This document shows positions 1 through 9,653 of a stretch of DNA of 64,000 nucleotides, piece after piece. The position numbers and the translations under genes were made by a program. The notes beneath the pieces were generated by a model. It was given only the letters and a program-made list of their open reading frames with translations, made no database searches and was not told the origin of the DNA. Within the stretch, counting starts at the first letter, position 1; the number at the start of each line of letters is the position of its first letter. The stretch comes from Alphaproteobacteria bacterium. GTDB lineage: Bacteria; Pseudomonadota; Alphaproteobacteria; GCA-2731375. The DNA lies in assembly GCA_965232515.1 (NCBI GenBank), contig CBDDPY010000002.1, forward strand, positions 7,168,001-7,232,000, written 5' to 3'.

Positions 1-37
1 CTATCGGCCTGCCGCATCGACCCCTGAAGAATTGCAT
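1..37 (-). CDS. 5' end of the next gene of the fdh operon (runs off the window; possibly the FDH gamma/cytochrome b subunit)
   Basis: ATG at 37 preceded by GAGG, just downstream of the lipoprotein stop at 54. Only 12 codons are visible, so identity is inferred from operon position. Confidence 0.3.
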   Translation of the reverse strand, partial: MQFFRGRCGRPI

Positions 38-53
38 GGCGCCCTCAATGAAC

Positions 54-260
54 TTATTCAGCCCGTTGTTTGTTGGCGCGATGTCGCAAGGTCTCGACCT
101 GTTGCTGCGTCAGACCCTGATCCGGCGCGCCCTGGTAGATGCCCTTTTCGTAGCGTAGCGGTCGGTCCTGTTCTTCCTCTCGACAGCCGGGTAGTAACAG
201 AACCAGCAGCCCGAGACCGCTCAACGCAAGGGCCGCGCCCGATCGACGTTTAAGCGGCAT
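54..260 (-). CDS. Small lipoprotein in the formate dehydrogenase operon
   Basis: 68 aa from ATG 260. Basic N-terminus, hydrophobic stretch and lipobox-like LPGC; co-oriented with fdhAB. Confidence 0.7.
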   Translation of the reverse strand: MPLKRRSGAALALSGLGLLVLLLPGCREEEQDRPLRYEKGIYQGAPDQGLTQQQVETLRHRANKQRAE

Positions 261-325
261 GCGACGGCCTATGCCGGGGAAGCGTCGTCGGTGCAAATGC
301 TGACATCTATCCCTTCGGATATGCG

Positions 326-357
326 GCGGGAGGGGGCGGCCATATCTCCCCCTCCGC
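326..357. other. GC-rich imperfect stem-loop between fdhB and the lipoprotein gene
   Basis: GCGGGAGGGGG...CCCCCTCCGC inverted repeat with no clear U-tract; could be an mRNA stabiliser or weak terminator. Confidence 0.35.
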
Positions 358-377
358 TACGGTATCGCCTGCGCGGT

Positions 378-974
378 TCAGGTGCCCTTTTTCAGCTGGT
401 AGGCCGTTCCCCAGCCCCAGGCGCCGGAGCCGAATCCCCTTGCCACCACCCGCTCGCGATAGATGTCCGATATTGCGTCGCCGTCACCGCCAAGCAGGGC
501 CTTGGTCGCGCACATCTCGGCGCATAGCGGCAGCTTGCCCTCGGCCAATCGATTGCGACCGTACTTCTGGAACTCTGCGCTGCTGTTGTCGTCCTCCGGA
601 CCGCCGGCGCAGAACGTGCATTTGTCCATCTTGCCGCGACTGCCGAAGTTGCCGGCCTGGGGATATTGCGGCGCGCCGAACGGGCAGGCGTAGAAGCAAT
701 AGCCGCAGCCGATACACAGGTCCTTGGAGTGCAGCACCACGCCTTCATCGGTCTGGTAGAAGCAATCGACCGGGCAGACAGCCATGCAGGGGGCATCCGA
801 GCAATGCATGCAGGCGACCGAGATCGAACGTTCGCCGGGAACGCCGTCACGGATGGTGACGACGCGGCGGCGGTTGATGCCCCAGGGCACTTCGTGCTCG
901 TTCTTGCACGCCGTGACGCAGGCATTGCACTCGATGCAACGCTCGGCGTCGCAGAGGAATTTCATTCGCGCCAT
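378..974 (-). CDS. fdhB: Formate dehydrogenase beta (4x[4Fe-4S]) subunit
   Basis: Four ferredoxin Cys clusters (CIECNAC, CMHC..PC, CIGCGYC..CP, KCTFC..C); directly downstream of the alpha subunit. Confidence 0.92.
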   Translation of the reverse strand: MARMKFLCDAERCIECNACVTACKNEHEVPWGINRRRVVTIRDGVPGERSISVACMHCSDAPCMAVCPVDCFYQTDEGVVLHSKDLCIGCGYCFYACPFGAPQYPQAGNFGSRGKMDKCTFCAGGPEDDNSSAEFQKYGRNRLAEGKLPLCAEMCATKALLGGDGDAISDIYRERVVARGFGSGAWGWGTAYQLKKGT

Positions 975-986
975 GACTGCGGCTCC

Positions 987-3854
987 TTATGCTCTCTCGA
1001 TCCGGCACAGCGTCGTCTTGGTCTCCTGCATGTTGGTGACCGAGTCGTAGCCGTAGGTCTGTGCCGTGTTTGACGATTCACCGAGGACGAACGGATCCGC
1101 GCCTGACGGATATTTGGCCCGCAGATCCTCGCCCTGGAAATGGCCGCCGAAGTGAAACGGCATGAAGGCGACGCCACGACCGACGCGTTCGGTGACCATC
1201 GCCATGACCTTGACCTTGCCGCCCTCCGGACCGGTCAGCCAGACCATCTGGCCATCCCGGATGTTCAGGCTGTTGGCGTCGAACGGATTGATCTCGACGA
1301 ACATGTCCTGTTGCAGTTCGGCCAGCCATGGATTCGACCGGGATTCCTCGCCGCCGCCTTCGTACTCGACAAGCCGCCCCGAGGTCAGAATGATGGGGAA
1401 GTCCTGCGAGAAATCCTGCCGCTGAATCGACTCGTAGAGCGTCGGCAGGCGGTACATCTTGCGGTCCGCATAGGTCGGATAGTCGGCCACCAGATCGCGG
1501 CGTGGAGTGTATAGCGGCTCGCGATGCAGCGGGACCGGATCGGGGAAATTCCAGACCACGCAGCGCGCCTTGGCGTTGCCGAACGGCGCACAGCCGTGCT
1601 TGATCGCGACGCGCTGGATGCCGCCGGAAAGGTCGGTCTTCCAGTTGGTCTTCTCGCCGGCGATCGCTTCGATCGTCTCGCGCTCCTGCGGCGTCAGATC
1701 CGCATCCCAGCCGAGCTTCTTCAGCATCGCCATGGTGAATTCCGGATAGCCGTCCTTCAGCTCCGAGTCGACGGAATACGAGCCCTCCGCCAGAAGATTG
1801 TCGCCGTCGCGCTCGACGCCGAACCGGGCCCGGAACGTTAGTCCGCCTTCGGCAACCGGTTTCGACGGGTCGTAGAGGATCGGCGTGCCCGGATGCTTCA
1901 TCTCCGGCGTGCCCCAGGAAGGCCACGGCATGCCGTAATACTCGCCGTCGGCAGGCCCGCCGACGGCCTGCAAGGTTGTCTTGTTGAACGTGTGCTGGTT
2001 GGCCATATGCAGGCGCAGCCGCTCGGGCGACTGGCCGGTATAGCCGATCGTCCACATACCGCGATTGAACTCGCGCGTGATGTCCTCGACCAGCGGCTCG
2101 TTCCCGTTTACCTCGATGTGCTTGAACATCTCGTCGGCAAAGCCAAACTTCACGGCCAGCCGGTACATGATTTCGTGATCGGTCAGCGACTCGAACACCG
2201 GCTCGATCACCTTCTCGCGCCACTGCAGCGACCGGTTCGACGCCGTCACCGAACCATAGGTCTCGAACTGCGTCGCCGCCGGCAACAGGTAGCAGCCGTC
2301 CTGGCGGTCGTGCAGAACCGCTGTCACCGTTGGATACGGATCGACCACGACCAGCAGGTCCAGCTTCTCCATGGCTTGCTTCATTTCCGGCCCGCGCGTC
2401 TGCGAGTTCGGCGCGTGGCCCCAGAACACCATGGCCCGGAGATTGTCCGGCTGATCCATGTTCTCCTTGGCCTCGAGCACGCCGTCGACCCAGCGCGAGA
2501 CCGGAATGCCGCTGCTCTCCATCAGCTTCTTCGACTGGAAGCGGCCCAGCAGGTAGTCGTAGTCGACATCCCAGACACGGGCCCAATGCTTCCACGAACC
2601 CGTCTTCAGGCCGTAGTAGCCGGGCAGGGTGTGCGACAGCACGCCCAGGTCCGTGGCGCCCTGCACGTTGTCATGGCCGCGGAAGATGTTGGTGCCGCCC
2701 CCGGCCTTGCCCATGTTGCCGAGAGCCAGCTGCAGAATGCAGTAGGCCCGGGTGTTGTTGTTGCCGTTCGTGTGCTGGGTGCCGCCCATGCACCAGATCA
2801 CCGTGCCGGGCCGATTGTTCACCATCAGACGGGCGACGCGCTTGAGCTGCGATCCCGGTACGCCGGTGACGCGCTCGACCTCCTCGGGGGCCCACTTCTT
2901 CACTTCCTGCTTGATCTGCTCCATGCCCCAGACGCGCTGCCGGATGAACTCCTTGTCCTCCCAGCCGTTCTCGAAGATGTGCCAGAGCAGGCCCCAGATC
3001 AGCGCGACGTCGGTGCCCGGCCGGAAACGCACGAATTCATCGGCATGCGCCGCGGTGCGTGTGAAGCGCGGGTCCAACACGATCAACGGCGCGTTGTTCT
3101 GTTCCTTCGCCCGCAGCAGATGCAGCAGCGACACCGGGTGCGCCTCGGCCGGATTGCCGCCGATCAGGAAGATCGCCCGGCTGTTGTGGATGTCGTTGTA
3201 GCTGTTCGTCATCGCACCGTAGCCCCAGGTGTTCGCGACACCCGCGACCGTGGTGGAGTGGCAAATCCGCGCCTGATGGTCGCCGTTATTGCTGCCCCAG
3301 AAGGCGTAGAACTTGCGGAACAGATAGGCCTGCTCGTTGGAATGTTTCGCCGAGCCGAGCCAGTAGACCGAATCCGACCCGGACTGCTCGCGGATCTGCA
3401 GCATCTTGTCGCCGATCTCGTCGATGGCTTGGTCCCAGCTCAGCCGCTTCCATTTGCCGCCTTCGAGTTTCATCGGATACTTCAAGCGCCGTTCGCCATG
3501 CGCGTGCTCGCGCACGGCCGCGCCCTTGGCGCAGTGCGCGCCCAGATTGAAGGGGCTGTCGAAGCCGGGCTCCTGCCCGATCCAGACGCCATCCCGGACT
3601 TCGGCAATCACCGAGCAGCCGACCGAACAGTGCGTGCAGATCGACATGATCTCCTTTACATCGCCGGTCTCCGTCTGCGCCTCGGCCGGCTTGACCATGC
3701 CGGACGTCAGCGTTGACGCCGCCGCGATGCCGCCGGCCGCCAGGCCGGAGCGCCGGAGAAATGTCCGTCGATCGATCGCGCCGCCGGTGAGTCCGACAAC
3801 TGTCGACGCCAATCGGGGGCCTCGCGCAACCCCGTTGGTCCTCTTCCTCAGCAT
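987..3854 (-). CDS. fdhA: Formate dehydrogenase alpha subunit (Mo/W-bisPGD, Tat-exported, Cys ligand)
   Basis: Tat motif DRRTFL, Fe-S motif CTHCSVGC...CAKG, active-site ARICHS and RGHDNVQG, C-terminal molybdopterin dinucleotide-binding domain. Confidence 0.95.
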   Translation of the reverse strand: MLRKRTNGVARGPRLASTVVGLTGGAIDRRTFLRRSGLAAGGIAAASTLTSGMVKPAEAQTETGDVKEIMSICTHCSVGCSVIAEVRDGVWIGQEPGFDSPFNLGAHCAKGAAVREHAHGERRLKYPMKLEGGKWKRLSWDQAIDEIGDKMLQIREQSGSDSVYWLGSAKHSNEQAYLFRKFYAFWGSNNGDHQARICHSTTVAGVANTWGYGAMTNSYNDIHNSRAIFLIGGNPAEAHPVSLLHLLRAKEQNNAPLIVLDPRFTRTAAHADEFVRFRPGTDVALIWGLLWHIFENGWEDKEFIRQRVWGMEQIKQEVKKWAPEEVERVTGVPGSQLKRVARLMVNNRPGTVIWCMGGTQHTNGNNNTRAYCILQLALGNMGKAGGGTNIFRGHDNVQGATDLGVLSHTLPGYYGLKTGSWKHWARVWDVDYDYLLGRFQSKKLMESSGIPVSRWVDGVLEAKENMDQPDNLRAMVFWGHAPNSQTRGPEMKQAMEKLDLLVVVDPYPTVTAVLHDRQDGCYLLPAATQFETYGSVTASNRSLQWREKVIEPVFESLTDHEIMYRLAVKFGFADEMFKHIEVNGNEPLVEDITREFNRGMWTIGYTGQSPERLRLHMANQHTFNKTTLQAVGGPADGEYYGMPWPSWGTPEMKHPGTPILYDPSKPVAEGGLTFRARFGVERDGDNLLAEGSYSVDSELKDGYPEFTMAMLKKLGWDADLTPQERETIEAIAGEKTNWKTDLSGGIQRVAIKHGCAPFGNAKARCVVWNFPDPVPLHREPLYTPRRDLVADYPTYADRKMYRLPTLYESIQRQDFSQDFPIILTSGRLVEYEGGGEESRSNPWLAELQQDMFVEINPFDANSLNIRDGQMVWLTGPEGGKVKVMAMVTERVGRGVAFMPFHFGGHFQGEDLRAKYPSGADPFVLGESSNTAQTYGYDSVTNMQETKTTLCRIERA

Positions 3855-3908
3855 GTCACTGCTCCTTGGTGCGATATTCCGTCAGCTTCGCCCGAACAGG
3901 TACGCCGG

Positions 3909-4109
3909 TCAGAACTTCGACAGGGCATAGACCTTCTTTACATGCGGTGTTTCGCGGTAGCCGGCGCTGCCCGGACGCTTCTCTCCGGATTCGGCCGTTT
4001 CGGCCGGCCTGGGCGAGACCGCGGCCGCGACACCCGCCACGCTGCCGGCGCCGGCCAGCTTCAGGAAGTCACGGCGGGCCGCCGGTGTTGCTCGCTTTTT
4101 CTCAGTCAT
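3909..4109 (-). CDS. Small twin-arginine (Tat) signal protein upstream of fdhA
   Basis: 66 aa from ATG 4109 with GAGGAAGG RBS. ARRDFLK Tat motif and C-terminal GYRETPHVKKVY, typical of FDH-associated small Tat proteins. Confidence 0.8.
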   Translation of the reverse strand: MTEKKRATPAARRDFLKLAGAGSVAGVAAAVSPRPAETAESGEKRPGSAGYRETPHVKKVYALSKF

Positions 4110-4179
4110 CGTGCCTACCTTCCTCGTCTTTCGATTACCGTGACGCGTACCGGCTACAGGCACCGGGTATGCCTTCAAT

Positions 4180-4797
4180 TCAGTCCGTCATACGAAAGGC
4201 GGTCCCTTCGATAGCCATCAGCAACCGGCCCATCGTGCCCACGGGGCGGTAGAAGGCGGCGCTTTGCGCGGCTTCCAGATCGCTGAAGAACTGTTCGGCC
4301 CAGGGCTCGATATGTCGGCCGAAGAAAAGGCGCTGGGTCGCCAAATCGGCGGGTTCGCCGAAAGCGCCAAGAATTAGTCCGCCCATGATCTCGCACAGGC
4401 AAGCGATGTGATCCTCGGGCTCCTTGACGTCGTCGGTTCGTTCTATCCCAAGGCCGGCCATGTCTTCGCGCAGCCGCGCCAGCGGCTTTTCGTGCAGGAA
4501 TCCGGTCAGATAGAACGAGCCGAAGGGAACCAGCTCGCCCCGGCCAAGACCGATGAACAGGTCCTGATATTCATTCGCCGCCGGTTCGGGCGCCGTCGCC
4601 GCCGCGGCCCGGGCCAGTTCGGTCAGCGCCTGGCCGAACGCGGTATCGTCTCCGTCGAGTGCGGCCGTCAACTCCAACACCGCCGCCGATGGCGGTGACT
4701 TCAGTAGACGTGACAGGAAGCGATAGTAATGGGCGCGAAGGACGTCTTCCTCCGCGATGCCCCGGTCCAATCGATGGCTGTCCATCGAGGCCGCCAC
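4180..4797 (-). CDS. TorD/DmsD family molybdoenzyme maturation chaperone
   Basis: EY..LFIG...VPFGSFY and EPEDHIA motifs; GGGAGG RBS upstream of a GTG start. Confidence 0.9.
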   Translation of the reverse strand: MAASMDSHRLDRGIAEEDVLRAHYYRFLSRLLKSPPSAAVLELTAALDGDDTAFGQALTELARAAAATAPEPAANEYQDLFIGLGRGELVPFGSFYLTGFLHEKPLARLREDMAGLGIERTDDVKEPEDHIACLCEIMGGLILGAFGEPADLATQRLFFGRHIEPWAEQFFSDLEAAQSAAFYRPVGTMGRLLMAIEGTAFRMTD

Positions 4798-4963
4798 CTT
4801 GCACCCTCCCGAATCAAAGGCATCGGCTATGTGTATCGTCAGCCTGTTCCGGCATTTGCTGCCATGTTAACGAAACCGTATTACGGAACTGTGTGTTGCG
4901 TCCATGCAATCTTGCACTAGCCGGTGCACATCACCGTGAAGAACGAACTGCGCCACCGATCTG

Positions 4964-5635
4964 TCACGCCGTTTCGTCCGGCGACCCGCGTCGGCCGTCC
5001 GTCTTCGCCCGGTCTGTCGCCCGAGCCGGTCGCTCGGCACCGGGCGTTGCGTCGTCTGCCGGGTCCGTTGGCGTCTGCTCGGCAACGACGGTTTTTGCCG
5101 GCCCGGCGGCCTCGCCATCGGTTTGCGCGTCCGTTTCCGACTCCTCGGCATCCGCCAACAGACCTTTGCCGACACGATACGCCGTCTTGATGCCGTCGAC
5201 GGCCAGCGCCAGATCGGTGAAGTCGTCGTCGTAGTCGTTCAAGCCGTCGAGGTTGGCCAACGTCGGATCGAGCCGCCAGAGCTTCCGCAGCGCCTTTTGC
5301 CGAAGATCTTCCGGCACGCCGTGTTGGAGGAAGGCGGAGAAATCCGAATCCGCTGTCAAACTATCGATGTCCGGCAGGTCCGGGACGGTGTCCGGCGCCT
5401 CGGCGCGCCCGGAATCGACGGTCGCCGGCCGGTCCGAGTTTCGCTGGTCGGCCGCCGCGTATGCTTCGGATTTGCCGGTGGATGCGCCGTCGACGGCACG
5501 ACCGCCATTTTCGCGGAGCGGTTCGCGCCGTGCCGTCCGACCGTCGCGCTCCGCGGCTTTGCGTGTCGACCAGCGACGCAGAAAGTCGTCCGCTTGGTCC
5601 AAGGTCCTAGCCTTTCCGTCCGCGCCCCCGGTCAT
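4964..5635 (-). CDS. DUF3306-like protein (FDH-associated)
   Basis: FLRRWS..K, LPDIDSL..DSDFSAFL..VPEDLR..ALRKLW and DGLNDYDDDFT signatures. Start reassigned to ATG 5635. Confidence 0.8.
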   Translation of the reverse strand: MTGGADGKARTLDQADDFLRRWSTRKAAERDGRTARREPLRENGGRAVDGASTGKSEAYAAADQRNSDRPATVDSGRAEAPDTVPDLPDIDSLTADSDFSAFLQHGVPEDLRQKALRKLWRLDPTLANLDGLNDYDDDFTDLALAVDGIKTAYRVGKGLLADAEESETDAQTDGEAAGPAKTVVAEQTPTDPADDATPGAERPARATDRAKTDGRRGSPDETA

Positions 5636-6137
5636 CGGGCGACCGTCCGAAAGCGACTTCGTCGGGATCATACCGCTTCCGCTTTCGCTTGTGGAAGGGT
5701 TCATCCACATGGTGCCGGTCGATGAAATCCTGGACCCAGGCAACGACCCCCTCGGGCATTGGCACGCCTTCCACCACATCCTCGCCGCTGTCGAGGTAGT
5801 CCTGTGCTTCATAGGGTGACGCCGTGACCAGAAACGGCTCGACCTCCCGGGGACTGGCGGCGTCTTCGATGCTCCGCAGAACGACGTAGACGACCGGCAC
5901 GGCGTTCGAAAGATTGGTGCGGTAGGCCTCGGTCTCCTTGCGATGCAACGCGAGCGGCAGCGTCGCGGCATGGAACCGGCGCCAGTTCGCCTCTTGCGCC
6001 AGCAGCTTCCATTCGTCGGTCGCGCCGGCGCCGGGGATGACGGCGACCGGAGTCCAGACGCCCTGCTGCCACGGATTGTCGATCTCGCGCCATTCGACGA
6101 CCACGCCAAGCGGCATCGTCTGCACGCGGTCCGTCAC
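5607..6137 (-). CDS. DUF3305-like protein (FDH-associated)
   Basis: W..P.AV, LHRKETEAYRTNL, VTASPYEA and FHKRKR signatures; overlaps the DUF3306-like gene. Confidence 0.8.
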   Translation of the reverse strand: MTDRVQTMPLGVVVEWREIDNPWQQGVWTPVAVIPGAGATDEWKLLAQEANWRRFHAATLPLALHRKETEAYRTNLSNAVPVVYVVLRSIEDAASPREVEPFLVTASPYEAQDYLDSGEDVVEGVPMPEGVVAWVQDFIDRHHVDEPFHKRKRKRYDPDEVAFGRSPDDRGRGRKG

Positions 6138-6272
6138 ATCTGCCCCTTCCAGGTGCTTGCGCTCGCGAATTTCCCTCGAGCCTGTGAGAAAGAATGCAAA
6201 TATGTCAACATCGTCGGTTACGCCGCCTCGAGTAGCGTCACTCGCTCAGGACGCTCGCGAAGGACGATGGCT

Positions 6273-8351
6273 ATGCGACTGAAGGGAAAGAACGTTCTGC
6301 TCTGCAATTGCGAGCGGACGATGCCATTGGATGCGAAAGCCGTCGCGGATGCCTGTGGCGCGACGGCGTCGGCGAATGCAAATAGCCAACTATGTCGGGC
6401 GGAATTGGAGAAATTTCGCACGGCCGCGCGGACCGGTGAGGAACTGGTTGTCGCCTGCACGCAGGAAGCGCCGTTGTTCCGGCAGATCCTCGAAGAGGAC
6501 GGCGTTGCGTCGCCGGCGACATTCGTCAACATCCGCGAACGCGCCGGATGGTCGGCCGAGGCCGCGGCGACAACGGCAAAGATCGCGGCGCTGCTGGCCG
6601 AGGCGACGCTTGACGTGCCGCCGGCGCCGACCGTTACGCTCAAATCCGATGGTGTTTGCCTGGTCTATGGCCGAGACGAGATGGCGGTTGACGCGGCGCG
6701 CCAGCTTGCCGGCCGGCTGGATGTCACGCTGCTGTTGACCGGAGCGGCCGAGATCTCGCCGCCTGCTGTCACAGAGGTGCCGGTCTTTCGTGGCACCATC
6801 GTTTCGGCACGGGGGCATTTCGGCGCCTTCGAGATCGTCGTCAACGACTATGCGCCGAGCAGCGTTTCCTCGCGCGATGCGCTGAGGTTCGAAGCGCCGC
6901 GCGACGGGGCCGGATCGCGTTGCGACTTGATCCTGGATTTGACCGGAGATCCGCCGCTGTTTCCGGCCCACCACAAGCGCGATGGCTACATCCGACCCGA
7001 TCCCGGCAATCCGGCGGCCGTACAACGCGCGTTGTTCGATCTCAGCGATCTGGTCGGCGAGTTCGAGAAGCCGCGCTATGTCGACTTTCAGGCCGATCTT
7101 TGCGCGCATTCCCGCAGCCGCATCGTCGGCTGCACGCGTTGCCTCGATGTCTGCCCGGCGTCGGCGATCGCACCCGATGGCGATACGGTCGCCATCGATC
7201 CCCACCTCTGCGGTGGCTGCGGCGGCTGCAACAGCGTCTGTCCGACCGGGGCGGCGGATTACCGAATGCCGCCGAACGCCACCCTGCTGGAACGCGTGGG
7301 CATGCTGCTCTCGACATTTTTGGCGGCAGGCGGCGGGTCACCGGCATTGCTGTTGCACGACAGCGGTTGGGGTCAGGAGATGATCGATCTGATGGCGCGG
7401 CATGGACGTGGGCTGCCGGCCGACGTGTTGCCGTTCGCCGTTAACGAGGTGACGCAGGTCGGTTTCGATTTTCTGGTCGGCGCGCTGGCGAAGGGCGCGA
7501 CCCAGGTTGTGATCCTGGCGCCGCCGACGCGGCGGGAGGAGTTGTCGGGCCTGGCCGGTCAGGTGACGATGGCCGACATCACGATGACCGGTCTCGGCTA
7601 TGGTGACGGTCGCATCAACCTGGTGATCGAATCCGATCCCGAAGCGGTTGAACGACAATTGTATGCGCTGCCCGAATTCGACAGCCACGAAGCCAGCGGC
7701 TTTCTACCGCTCGGCGGCAAGCGGACGCTGATCCGTCTGGCGCTGGATCATCTTCACCACACGGCGCCTCAGCCGACCAACTTCGTCTTTCTACCACCGG
7801 AGGCCCCGTTCGGCGGAGTGAAGGTCGATGTCGACGGCTGCACGCTTTGCCTGGCCTGCGTCGGCGCCTGTCCGACTGGCGCGTTGCGTGACAACCCGGA
7901 ACAACCGCAGCTCCGCTTCCAAGAGGACGCCTGCATTCAGTGCGGTCTGTGCAAGAACACGTGCCCGGAGAAAGTGATCTCGCTCGAGCCGCGCCTGAAC
8001 TTCACGGCCGAGGTACGCCAGGCCCTGATCGTCAAAGAGGAAGAGCCCTTCAACTGCGTCCGCTGCGGCAAACCCTTTGGCACTCGCGGGTCGATCGAGC
8101 GGATTGTCGAGCAACTGGCCAACAAGCACGCGATGTTTCGGGATCCGGCCGCGGTGGACCGGCTGAAGATGTGTCAGGACTGCCGTGTCATCGCCCAGTT
8201 CGAGCAGCAGGACGACCCGTTCGCCGGCGGCGACCGTCCGCCGCCGCGGACCACCGACGACTACCTGCGCGAACGCGCCGAGATCGAGGCGGCGCGGGCG
8301 CAACATCGAACCGGTCGCGCATCGACCGAAGAAGACGAACCTGATGAGTGA
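6273..8351 (+). CDS. Multi-[4Fe-4S] polyferredoxin protein with HdrA/MvhD-like segments
   Basis: Several CxxCxxCxxxCP motifs plus VACTQE and NIRERAGW. AGGA RBS supports a start at 6267/6273 rather than 5943. Confidence 0.85.
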   Translation: MRLKGKNVLLCNCERTMPLDAKAVADACGATASANANSQLCRAELEKFRTAARTGEELVVACTQEAPLFRQILEEDGVASPATFVNIRERAGWSAEAAATTAKIAALLAEATLDVPPAPTVTLKSDGVCLVYGRDEMAVDAARQLAGRLDVTLLLTGAAEISPPAVTEVPVFRGTIVSARGHFGAFEIVVNDYAPSSVSSRDALRFEAPRDGAGSRCDLILDLTGDPPLFPAHHKRDGYIRPDPGNPAAVQRALFDLSDLVGEFEKPRYVDFQADLCAHSRSRIVGCTRCLDVCPASAIAPDGDTVAIDPHLCGGCGGCNSVCPTGAADYRMPPNATLLERVGMLLSTFLAAGGGSPALLLHDSGWGQEMIDLMARHGRGLPADVLPFAVNEVTQVGFDFLVGALAKGATQVVILAPPTRREELSGLAGQVTMADITMTGLGYGDGRINLVIESDPEAVERQLYALPEFDSHEASGFLPLGGKRTLIRLALDHLHHTAPQPTNFVFLPPEAPFGGVKVDVDGCTLCLACVGACPTGALRDNPEQPQLRFQEDACIQCGLCKNTCPEKVISLEPRLNFTAEVRQALIVKEEEPFNCVRCGKPFGTRGSIERIVEQLANKHAMFRDPAAVDRLKMCQDCRVIAQFEQQDDPFAGGDRPPPRTTDDYLRERAEIEAARAQHRTGRASTEEDEPDE

Positions 8352-8400
8352 GCCGGTTCTCCATTGCGTTCCCGCGCCGGATACCGGCGTTCAGTGACCG

Positions 8401-8607
8401 TTATTCCAGCGCGACCTCGCCGTCGATCGTGACGGAAAGACCCACCGGCTCGATATTCAGCGTGACCGTCGCCTTGAGGCTCTCCGAGCCGGAAAGCTGA
8501 CCGTCCGCGACGGCTTTGCGGATCGCCATCTCGATCTCGCGCTGCGAGGTCACGCCGACTTTCTTCAGAAACTTTCTGACGCTCATATTGAAGGTGTCTT
8601 CGTTCAT
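8401..8607 (-). CDS. Small conserved protein (DUF6494-like)
   Basis: MNEDTFNMSVRKFLKKVGVTSQREIE; last gene of a four-gene co-oriented unit. Confidence 0.75.
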   Translation of the reverse strand: MNEDTFNMSVRKFLKKVGVTSQREIEMAIRKAVADGQLSGSESLKATVTLNIEPVGLSVTIDGEVALE

Positions 8608-8630
8608 CGTCTGGTTTCCCTTGCAAGAAT

Positions 8631-9653
8631 TCATGCCGCACGAACGAGCGGCAAATTGAGCAACAGGTTTTGCGGTTTCAGTCGGACCGTGTCGTGGGCC
8701 GACATGGCAAGTCCCAGATAGACCGGTCGTCCGGCAATCGAGGGCAACATTACGCTGATGTCGCGGAATTCGAGCCGGAACAGCGCCAACAGGCGCGCCA
8801 GTTCGTCCTCGTCCACATCCCGGCCCTGATAAAGGCTGTTGAGGATCGCGCTCGCTTCGGCGTCAAGTCCGACATGCCAGACCCAATGCTCGTCCCGAAT
8901 CGAGGCCAGCGGCTGAACGCGCACCTCGAGATCGAGGAAATGCCCGATCCAAGCCTCCAGCACCCGGCACAGCGCATCGAGGCCCCGACGTGCGAAGGAC
9001 AGGTCGAGCAGGGTGTCGAACTTGTCGCTGCGCTGCCAGTAGATCGCGCTGTTCTCGTCGCTGAGGACGTCCAGTTCGACGCTGCGGGTTGGCGTCTGTG
9101 TCTGCACCAGAAGTTTGCCGAGCCCGCCCAGGCCGCCGGTTGTCGCGTAGAACTCGACCGTTTCCTCGTCGGCGAGCAGGATGGCGCCGTCCTGGAGGCT
9201 GACTTTTTGCGTCCGGAACAACAGCTCGGCCGCCCGCAGCCGCAGCGGGTCCGCGCAATCGTCCAGCACGTGGCGCAGCACGACATGCGTCAGCTGGTCG
9301 ACAAACAGCGGCGGCACATCGACCGGTCCGTCGGCAAACAGGCTGAGATAGCAGTCCTCGACACAGCCGTGCTCGGCCAACCGATCGCGAAACCGCAGCA
9401 CATGGCGATAGTTCTCGCGCGCGTCGGGATCGGCGATATCCGTCAGCATCTGTTCGGGCACGGGCCACAACGGATCGTCCAACAGCGTTTCGTGCAGCCG
9501 CCGTTCGTTGTCGCAGGACTCCGCGACCGGCTGCAGCTCCGGCCGGACGAAAAAGGCGCGCAGAAACTCCGGCGTCACGCGCAAGCGGCCGGCATCGTCC
9601 GACGTCAACAGATGAAAGCCCGACGAACGCCAGAAATCCGGCCTATCCGTCAT
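8631..9653 (-). CDS. Conserved hypothetical protein (DUF6352-like)
   Basis: DFW.SSG.HLL, RPEL.P, W.WHVGLD.E and KPQNLL.NLP; overlaps neighbouring genes. Confidence 0.78.
   Translation of the reverse strand: MTDRPDFWRSSGFHLLTSDDAGRLRVTPEFLRAFFVRPELQPVAESCDNERRLHETLLDDPLWPVPEQMLTDIADPDARENYRHVLRFRDRLAEHGCVEDCYLSLFADGPVDVPPLFVDQLTHVVLRHVLDDCADPLRLRAAELLFRTQKVSLQDGAILLADEETVEFYATTGGLGGLGKLLVQTQTPTRSVELDVLSDENSAIYWQRSDKFDTLLDLSFARRGLDALCRVLEAWIGHFLDLEVRVQPLASIRDEHWVWHVGLDAEASAILNSLYQGRDVDEDELARLLALFRLEFRDISVMLPSIAGRPVYLGLAMSAHDTVRLKPQNLLLNLPLVRAA

Noticed and set aside
3255-3270. Possible selenocysteine in the FDH active site
   Set aside because: The codon at 3261-3263 is TGC (Cys) and the ORF has no internal TGA.
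4820-4920. Short palindromes upstream of torD (CCGTATTACGG, TGCAATCTTGCA) as ModE or sigma-54 elements
   Set aside because: They match neither the ModE consensus nor GG-N10-GC spacing, and are too short to call.
6196-6209. TGCAAATATGTCAA as an FNR box for the FDH accessory genes
   Set aside because: Only one half-site matches.
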